DNA of 64,000 bases from the IMG/VR virus record IMGVR_UViG_3300045988_086557. One strand, written 5' to 3'. This stretch comes from a virus. The notes beneath the pieces are model-generated. The model was not told the origin of the DNA, made no database searches, and saw nothing but the letters and a program-made list of their open reading frames with translations. How positions within the stretch are numbered: position 1 is the first letter of the stretch; every line of letters starts with the position of its first letter. This document shows positions 58,213 to 64,000 of the stretch, piece after piece. The position numbers and the translations under genes are program-made.

Positions 58213-58530
58213 TTGGCCTATGATAAAGCGGTAGAGGCTGATAAAAAGACTGAATACGATTTACCGCCAGATAAGGCAAAAATTGCCCAAAAGTTTGCCC
58301 ATGCGGGGACGAGAAAGGCTCCAACGGCATATAAGTTTACGCCCCGGCAACGCAAGCCAAACGCCACGAAAGGCGGTATAATCGCGGAATTGGCAGAGTT
58401 TTTGGAAAAAAACAGTCAATTCTCTATCGCTGACTTGTCTATTACTAACAAAGAAAGGCAGATTGCGTTTTCTATTGGTGGGGATAGTTTCGAGTTGACG
58501 CTTGTGCAAAAGCGTAAGCCGAAGAAATAA
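58213..58530 (+). CDS. hypothetical basic protein (about 105 aa; TTG start in track)
   Basis: track ORF; followed by GC hairpin 'GGGGTAGGgtcggCCTACCCC'. Confidence 0.35.
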   Translation: MAYDKAVEADKKTEYDLPPDKAKIAQKFAHAGTRKAPTAYKFTPRQRKPNATKGGIIAELAEFLEKNSQFSIADLSITNKERQIAFSIGGDSFELTLVQKRKPKK

Positions 58531-58586
58531 CGGGGTAGGGTCGGCCTACCCCGGCCCTACCAGAAAAGAGGCAAGTTATAGTTAGT

Positions 58587-58937
58587 TTGCAGACAAGGAG
58601 AAAAGAGTTCCTATATGTCGGACATTATATCGACAAAAAGGGGCGCTATATTCTCAAGATTGGTACGACAAATGACCTTGAACGCAGAGCCGCAGAGCAT
58701 ACGAGAAATTATAAGCGGGCGCCAGATTACACCATGCCGGAAGATGGTTCCTTTATCTATGATTGGCATATCAAACTTTCCAAGTATAATACCCTACGAT
58801 ACGAGGATGTAAACCGGACTTTGTGGCAGAATATGGGAATTGGTCGTTTTATCAGAAATGACCGTTTCTTGTGCGACACTCCCCCGGCCATGGTTACGGT
58901 GGTTATTCGCAAGGCATATCCAATAATTCTCAACTAA
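58587..58937 (+). CDS. GIY-YIG / T5orf172-like nuclease-domain protein (116 aa)
   Basis: 'FLYVGHYIDKKGRYILKIGTTNDLERRAAEH' matches the GIY...YIG..T.N...RR..EH pattern; preferred over overlapping 65-aa ORF 58615..58812. Confidence 0.5.
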   Translation: MQTRRKEFLYVGHYIDKKGRYILKIGTTNDLERRAAEHTRNYKRAPDYTMPEDGSFIYDWHIKLSKYNTLRYEDVNRTLWQNMGIGRFIRNDRFLCDTPPAMVTVVIRKAYPIILN

Positions 58938-58942
58938 AGAAA

Positions 58943-59023
58943 AATCTCCCCTTATGGGGAGATTTTTTTTATGCAAAATTTTGAGCGGACCGCTTGCGTG
59001 CGCCGCGGTCCGAATTTTTCTTC
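58943..59023 (+). terminator. cassette boundary module F: intrinsic terminator + GC-rich hairpin/T-tract
   Basis: 'ATCTCCCCttatGGGGAGAT'+TTTTTTTTAT; 'GCGGACCGCTTGCGTGCGCCGCGGTCCG'+AATTTTTCTTC. Confidence 0.65.
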
Positions 59024-59055
59024 TATTGTCATTTTCAACAATTTTGAATTGAAAA

Positions 59056-59102
59056 TTTGTGCAACTTGACAGCTTGACTTTCTCCCGAAAATGTGGTATC
59101 AT
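59056..59102 (+). promoter_or_regulatory. module F operator half-site TTTGTGCAAC + promoter TTGACT-N17-TATCAT (TGg extended)
   Basis: read directly. Confidence 0.55.
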
Positions 59103-59129
59103 TTAACCATGGAAGGGAGGTAAAAGAAA

Positions 59130-59270
59130 TGATGAATAAACTTAAAAACTCTATCATTCGTTTCTTAATTAAAAGAACTTGCCTTGACATTTCCACTATT
59201 TATTCGGTATTAGGACAAAGTACAGAAAAAGAAATGAAATTTTATATTAAAGATTATTACAGGAGATAAA
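59130..59270 (+). CDS. small protein (46 aa)
   Basis: GGAAGGGAGG RBS. Confidence 0.4.
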
Positions 59271-59274
59271 AGAA

Positions 59275-59727
59275 ATGGAAAGCTTAAAACAATTTCGTGT
59301 TAATTTTCAAGTTACCTTTTGGTGTGAAGGTCGCAAGGGTATCTTCTCTAAGAAGCCTTATAAATTTACGGTATCATTTCGTGATGATATTATGCTTTCT
59401 ACCTTTTTAATCAATGCTCGAACCGAAAAAGAAGCGGTTAAAACTGGAAAAAACTATGTTGAAAATATAGTTCAATGTTGGGTTGAACAGTCAGAAGAAA
59501 ATCAAGCCACCGGCGAATATATGATTTTAACTGGAAATATGGCTGATACAAAAAGATTTGAGTGGTCGCCTAAAATCTACGCCATTACTGGGTATGAAAT
59601 TAAATTTATTTCCTGCGAAATGGTTTGCGACTGGGCAAAAGAAAGGGTTGAGAGAGCGGCAAGAGAACTGACTATGGAGCAATTTAAGCAAGTTTTTAGT
59701 GAAATTCCGGCTGAGATTTTTCATTAA
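59275..59727 (+). CDS. hypothetical protein (150 aa)
   Basis: AGGAGA RBS; track ORF. Confidence 0.5.
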   Translation: MESLKQFRVNFQVTFWCEGRKGIFSKKPYKFTVSFRDDIMLSTFLINARTEKEAVKTGKNYVENIVQCWVEQSEENQATGEYMILTGNMADTKRFEWSPKIYAITGYEIKFISCEMVCDWAKERVERAARELTMEQFKQVFSEIPAEIFH

Positions 59728-59744
59728 AGAAAGGAGATTTTTAG

Positions 59745-59996
59745 ATGGTTGATATTGATTTCGACAAACTGAATGATGAGGAGTTGCAATGGTTGAGTGC
59801 TACCGCCTATAAAGAAGTGGCACTTAGAAAACAAAAAGCGCAAGAGAAAGATTGGAATAGTCTAATCGAAAAGATAGACGAGTATTGTAAAAAGTATGGA
59901 GAAATAACTATCGTTGGATATGGAGATGAATTTGTTTTTGAATCTCCGATACGGTGTAACTGTATAGGAGAAATCAATTTAGAAAACGAGGATTAA
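59745..59996 (+). CDS. hypothetical acidic protein (83 aa)
   Basis: AAAGGAGA RBS; track ORF. Confidence 0.5.
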   Translation: MVDIDFDKLNDEELQWLSATAYKEVALRKQKAQEKDWNSLIEKIDEYCKKYGEITIVGYGDEFVFESPIRCNCIGEINLENED

Positions 59997-60000
59997 GAAA

Positions 60001-60080
60001 AGAGAGGCTTTGGCCTCTCTTTTTATTTTATATTTCCTAAACTCGACGGGCCGGTCGCGGGCGACTCGGCCCGAGTTTTC
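60001..60080 (+). terminator. cassette boundary module G: intrinsic terminator + GC-rich hairpin (no promoter follows)
   Basis: 'AGAGAGGCtttgGCCTCTCT'+TTTTATTTT; 'CGACGGGCCGGTCGCGGGCGACTCGGCCCG'+AGTTTTCC. Confidence 0.6.
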
Positions 60081-61392
60081 CCGATCGGACCATAGCGCAA
60101 AATTTTCATAGCAACTTGGCCATAACGCAACTTCATAGCGATTTTCCCAAAATTCATAACGCCCTCTTCCAAACACCGATCGGCCCTACTTTACTTCTTT
60201 CTTTATCTAGCTCCGATCGGTCCAGCAATATTGGCTCTCTCGTCCAATTTTTTATAATAAAAATCTTAAAATTGTCAAGTATTCACAGTACCAAAACTTT
60301 CTAAAATACAACTAACAATAGCAAAGATATAGCTATGAAAAACAAATACGACCAGAGATTTCTTTCGCGGAACCGATCGGTTTAACACAATTTTATGATA
60401 AAAATAGCTCAAAAATAGAGATTTTAGCTAGATAAACCGATCGGCCCGCGATCTTTTACCTCTTGTTATCGCAAAATATAACAAAAAACCTCTAAAATCT
60501 TGCAAAAATGCGCGTTTTTCTAACAAATTTACTTAAAAATAAGCAAAAAATGCCTCGTTTTTCTCAAAATTTCTTGATATTCACAGAATTAAAACTATTA
60601 AAGATACAGCAAACAATAGCAAAGATGTTGCTAACTATTTGAAAAGAAAAAATCTTTTCCGCGGGATTCCGTTAAAGCGATCTTTTTATCTAGACCCGAT
60701 CGGTTCGACAATATATAAAAAATATAATATAATATATACATAAGATAAAGAAAAGGAGGATTTTAGTTTAAGAAGCATCATAACGCTTTTTCTAACTAAA
60801 AGAACTTATTATGAATAGTTATGAGATTATGATTCGTGATGCAATGCAGAATGGTTCCACTCAGGAGGAGATTGCAAAGGCATTTACCGATGCTATGAAT
60901 AGAATCTCCGAGGCTAATGCCGCAGACCGTGAGCGAGATAATCTTCTGGATGAGATTGAATCTACTTTTTATGGCAATGTTGATGATTTGTCTCTCACTG
61001 AGGATGACGTTGGCCGCGTGGCTGCGCTGGTTTATAGCAAGAGCAATCCTAAGTGGACAGCAAATGATATTAAGCAGTTTATGCAAGCTATGACTGTAAC
61101 TGCTAAGACTTCCGCTCGAGTAGTCAATGCAAAGAGTCTTGATGAAGTAATTGACATTGCTGTTGACTCTATTTCTGATGCTCTCGCAGGTAGTATGAAT
61201 AAGGCTAAGACTGATGAGGACAATATCATGGAGTTTTTGAGACATTTGAAGTAAGATAAACAAGAGGAAAAAGATTAAAGGAGAGAAGTATTGTAGCTTC
61301 TCTCCTTTTTTATATATATTATAATCGCGGAAGGCTAGGTTTACGATCGTTGTGACGAGTGTTGTGATGGTTCGTACCTAGACCCGATCGGC
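60051..61392. repeat. ORF-free repeat region: 7 copies of the palindrome CCGATCGG (some extended to AACCGATCGGTT), two about 75-bp direct repeats (60281..60360 and 60583..60660), 'TCATAGC/CATAACGC' short repeats
   Basis: CCGATCGG at about 60063, 60178, 60226, 60376, 60433, 60699 and 61380; it spans the gene 60811..61254. Confidence 0.6.
60811..61254 (+). CDS. hypothetical acidic protein (147 aa)
   Basis: track ORF; followed by terminator 'GGAGAGAAGtattgtaGCTTCTCTCC'+TTTTTTAT at 61276..61312. Confidence 0.5.
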   Translation: MNSYEIMIRDAMQNGSTQEEIAKAFTDAMNRISEANAADRERDNLLDEIESTFYGNVDDLSLTEDDVGRVAALVYSKSNPKWTANDIKQFMQAMTVTAKTSARVVNAKSLDEVIDIAVDSISDALAGSMNKAKTDEDNIMEFLRHLK

Positions 61393-61399
61393 ACCCAAC

Positions 61400-61600
61400 T
61401 CTACTATTTTATCAATTTCTATTATTTTTTTCTATTATTCTTACTAAAACTCTATTATTATTTCTTTCTCTATCCATCTTTATTAGATCTCTCTATCTCT
61501 CTCTTCTTATATCCTTACTCTCTCTCTTATCTCCTATTTTTTTAATTTGAAATTCTAAATCCCTTCTTCTCAAGATTTTTTAAATCGAAATTTCTAAAAC
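61400..61600 (+). repeat. about 200-bp strand-asymmetric polypyrimidine (CT-rich, about 85% C+T) low-complexity tract
   Basis: read directly; 'tctctctatctctctcttcttatatccttactctctctcttatctcc'. Confidence 0.6.
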
Positions 61601-61626
61601 CTTCCTTAATATGGCTACGAAGTAGC
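61601..61626. other. perfect palindrome 'AATATGGCTAC gaa GTAGCCATATT'
   Basis: 11-bp arms, 3-nt spacer, overlapping the 3' end of the minus-strand gene. Confidence 0.5.
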
Positions 61627-61989
61627 CATATTAATCTCCGCTATTCTCTCCATAAGATTATAAATTCTAGATTCTTTCTTGCTTTCTAACCGACTTTTTA
61701 ATTCTTCTACTTCCGCGGTTAGCTTAGCTATGGAGTCCTCTAAATCTTGAGTAAAAATATCTATATTTATCCTATTGCGATATTTATCTACTATAATTCT
61801 ACTTCTTCCTTCTACCTTTAAATTCTCTTCCATCCATTCTTCTAACTTATCATCAAATTTATTCTTTACAAAATATACCTTGCCTTCTTCTTCATCATCT
61901 TTAAAGTAAACCAATACTGGTTCATACTAATTTAATCCATTTTTCATGAATTGATAATTTTCTACCTTAATCGGTTTAAATACTTCCAT
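61615..61989 (-). CDS. hypothetical coiled-coil protein (about 124 aa, 1 in-frame TAG)
   Basis: track ORF 61615..61914 extends upstream through TAG to an ATG (MEVFKPIKVENYQFMKNGLN.YEP...). Confidence 0.4.
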
Positions 61990-62009
61990 GCTTTAATCCT
62001 CCTATTCAT

Positions 62010-62335
62010 CGCTTTTTCACAAATACATGAAAAAGTCGCGACTGTTATCTTAACTCTGTTATCTAATATATGTTATATTTGTTGTATTGTCAGAATACCA
62101 TGAAATGGATTTTTATTTACTTTCATGGTATTGTCAGAATACTATGTCATAGTATTGTTGGAAAGCTATGAAAATCCTTTTTATTTAATTTCATAGTATT
62201 ATCAGAATACCATGAAAACAATTTCATAGCTTTCCAACAAATACATGAAAATTTCATAGCTTTTTCACAATATGATGAAATCATAGTATTCTCAGAAATA
62301 CATGAAATTTTTCATAGTATTGCAGAAATACGATT
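62010..62335. repeat. iteron array: about 9 copies, both orientations, of a 22-28-bp unit ('TTTCATAG(T/C)ATT(G/C)TCAGAA(A)TAC(C)ATGAAAA'); candidate replication origin
   Basis: 'tattgtcagaataccatgaaa', 'tttcatggtattgtcagaatac', 'ttggaaagctatgaaaa' / 'tttcatagctttccaa' (inverted pair), 'catagtattctcagaaatacatgaaa' etc.; ORF-free. Confidence 0.6.
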
Positions 62336-62727
62336 AAAAAGAAAATTTCTCTCCGTCTGGAGCTATATAATTATACTTGTCGTCGTCACTATCAATAGGA
62401 ATCTCGTAAAAATCGTAATATCCTTTTCTCTCAACTGGAACTAAATATCCCTTTTTTACCAATCCATCTATTGCACTTGTATATTTCGCTCTCTTTATAC
62501 CAAGCTCTTTTTCTATAATAGTAGGCCCAAAATCATAATCAATTAACTTCTCAGATTGACTAGCAAAAAATATCCACAAAGAAAACTCTCCATCTGTCAA
62601 CTCTCTACGGGCCGCAAATAACGCTTCCTTATTAATCCTAGCATATATATTATTAGTATCACATGGTTCCTTATGAATATGATTAATAGTTCGCTAATTA
62701 GGACTTCTTCTTTTGTCTGCCATGGCA
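62334..62727 (-). CDS. winged-helix DNA-binding protein, candidate replication initiator/origin-binding protein (about 131 aa, 1 in-frame TAG)
   Basis: 'FSLWIFFASQSEKLIDYDFGPTIIEKELGIKRAKYTSAIDGLVKKGYLV' wHTH; 3' end abuts the iteron array; upstream part joined via TAG (MADKRRSPN.RTINHI...). Confidence 0.45.
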
Positions 62728-62936
62728 ATCATCCTCCAATAGCGAACTTATCCCTTTATACTTCTAAACTGCATCCCTTAAATCCTAACTATCTTCAAAA
62801 AGATAAACATTTAACCAAGGTTTCTAAACATTAGGAACAGTTCCAACAATAATAAAACCAAGATCACAGAGTTTGCGTGCTAACTTTACTGTAAAAACTT
62901 TATAAGTATCATTAGTCATTTAGTTTAATCTCCTTT

Positions 62937-63070
62937 AGTCTACTTTATTTTTCTCAATATATTCTTTTATAGCCCATCTAATAAGCTATGACAATTTAAT
63001 ATCGTGCTCTCTACAATACTTTTCTAACTCTTGTTTTTCTTCCTCAGAAATACGAGCTGCTATCTAAGCC
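62937..63070 (-). CDS. ribbon-helix-helix (CopG/Arc-like) regulator, about 44 aa, 2 in-frame TAG
   Basis: 'RISEEEKQELEKYCREHDIKLS.LIRWAIKEYIEK' RHH pattern. Confidence 0.5.
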
Positions 63071-63099
63071 ATATAAATCACCTCTCTACTATATCTTTA

Positions 63100-63411
63100 C
63101 TTTTATTATAACATAATTAATTGCGGTTGTCCAACTTTTTTAATATTTTTTTATTACAATTATACTATGTCCACAATATCAGATTTTAGACCAACCATTA
63201 GAAATTTTTGGACACTCGTTAGAAAAATTCGGACAAAAATGCCTATATGACCATTTTATTAAAATTCCTGCGGAATTGCCAATTTTTCTGCCTAAAAAAT
63301 TCCCGCATCCGTGAGAAATTATGACGGTTCGTTATAATCCATAAGATTTACTTGCGTATCTTAATAAAATATGGTAATATATTTATATAAATAAGAAAAG
63401 AGGTTTTACTC
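63100..63411. promoter_or_regulatory. divergent control region with 4 TGTCCA/TGGACA repeats and a rightward TTGCGT-N17-TAATAT (TGg) promoter
   Basis: 'ggttgtccaac', 'atgtccacaat', 'tttggacactcg', 'ttcggacaaaaa'; promoter hexamers just before the RBS of 63412. Confidence 0.45.
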
Positions 63412-63918
63412 ATGCCATTAGCTATTGGATTCTTTATATTACTCATGATTACATCTCTTATAGTATTATATAAAGACTGTGACTTTTTTGCAGAATATCT
63501 ATTCTCTACCGTTTTAGGGGTTATGCTTTCAGCATTAATCACTTTCTTATTTGTGATTATAATTTGTGGTATTGTTATTTTTGTTGAACCTGCAACTTAT
63601 TCTGCGAAAACCACTCAAACATATTCTATTACTGCTTTGAGTGATAATTTTAGTTCTTACGTAGGCCGTTATTATACAGAAGATGGGCTCTATTACTCAT
63701 TCCTGTATCAAACAGATAAAGGTATAACCGCCAAATCTATTGAGGCAGATCAGTCCTATATTAAGAATACAGATGATGCCCCATACATAGAAGAAAACAA
63801 AATCCGTTTTAAAAACCCAGTTTTGAATTTCCTGCTTGGACCCTGGTCTACCGAGTATACCATCTATATTCCAGAAGATTCATTTATCCAAGAGAATTAT
63901 GTAATCGACCTTGAGTAA
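63412..63918 (+). CDS. membrane protein with 2 N-terminal TM helices + extracytoplasmic domain (168 aa, TAG-free); candidate superinfection-exclusion/lysogeny-associated protein
   Basis: track ORF; AGAGG RBS; followed by terminator 'AAGACGCTCTtaaaAGAGCGTCTT'+TATTTTTTT at 63930..63962. Confidence 0.45.
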   Translation: MPLAIGFFILLMITSLIVLYKDCDFFAEYLFSTVLGVMLSALITFLFVIIICGIVIFVEPATYSAKTTQTYSITALSDNFSSYVGRYYTEDGLYYSFLYQTDKGITAKSIEADQSYIKNTDDAPYIEENKIRFKNPVLNFLLGPWSTEYTIYIPEDSFIQENYVIDLE

Positions 63919-64000
63919 AATAAAGACGCTCTTAAAAGAGCGTCTTTATTTTTTTATAAAATTATTATATAATATATATAGAAAGTTAAGGAAAGGAAGT

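Noticed and set aside
58615-58812. 65-aa ORF 58615..58812 with canonical ATG overlapping the GIY-YIG gene
   Set aside because: The other frame (58587..58937) carries the GIY-YIG/T5orf172 motif block and is longer; the ATG ORF has no recognisable features.
49340-60800. Suppressor tRNA or other tRNA genes in ORF-free regions (49340..49560, 55850..55980, 57340..57420, 60080..60800)
   Set aside because: No cloverleaf-compatible sequence, no T-loop 'GGTTCGAATCC'-like box and no CTA anticodon-loop context found by eye. The suppressor, if phage-encoded, must lie outside this window (needs a tRNAscan run).
62010-62335. Possible CRISPR array because of many short repeats
   Set aside because: Repeats occur in both orientations, vary in sequence, and are not separated by regular unique spacers. 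There is no cas gene. They behave as iterons.

Overview
This window is a low-GC (about 30-33%) tailed-phage or prophage genome segment, most likely from an endospore-forming Firmicute host. Host evidence: sigma-A-type TTGACA-N17-TATAAT promoters with TGn extended -10, AAAGGAG ribosome-binding sites, and phage-encoded SpoVT-like and AbrB-like regulators.

The main result is that TAG is a sense codon, most compatibly glutamine (genetic code 15-like).
- From about 0.1 to 46.6 kb the minus strand carries a complete late/structural operon. Large terminase, portal, prohead protease-scaffold, major capsid, major tail, tape measure, tail fibres and a serine recombinase are intact only when the many in-frame TAG codons (about 1 per 30-50 codons) are read through.
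- No gene in the window terminates with TAG; all delimited genes end in TAA or TGA.
- The MCP, decoration-like protein, major tail protein and tail chaperone are completely TAG-free.

A complete diversity-generating retroelement (DGR) sits on the plus strand at 2.5-6.5 kb, opposite the tail-fibre genes. Order is target gene with Ig-like repeats and a C-terminal variable repeat (VR), an Avd-like gene, the template repeat (TR), and the reverse transcriptase. TR and VR are 100 bp each with 17 mismatches, all at TR adenines.

From about 46.6 to 61.3 kb the plus strand is a slightly GC-richer early region written almost entirely in standard code.
- It is organised as at least 7 moron-like cassettes. 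Each is bounded by a repeated module: an intrinsic terminator, then a GC-rich 'CGGGCCG...CGGCCCG' hairpin plus T-tract, then TTGTGCAA/TTGCACAA inverted-repeat operators, then a consensus promoter.
- It encodes FolD, a macro/PARG-like enzyme translationally coupled to a PTH2 peptidyl-tRNA hydrolase, a SpoVT homologue, an AbrB-like protein carrying a single in-frame TAG, a DEDDh exonuclease, a HAD 5'-nucleotidase, a GIY-YIG/T5orf172 protein and a wHTH regulator fed by four tandem promoters.

The 60-63 kb end has an 8-bp palindrome (CCGATCGG) iteron cluster, a polypyrimidine tract, and an iteron array next to a wHTH Rep-like gene flanked by an RHH regulator.

No tRNA, rRNA or CRISPR array was found; in particular no suppressor tRNA(CUA) or release-factor gene lies in this window. 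Hand-derived coordinates are approximate to a few nt.
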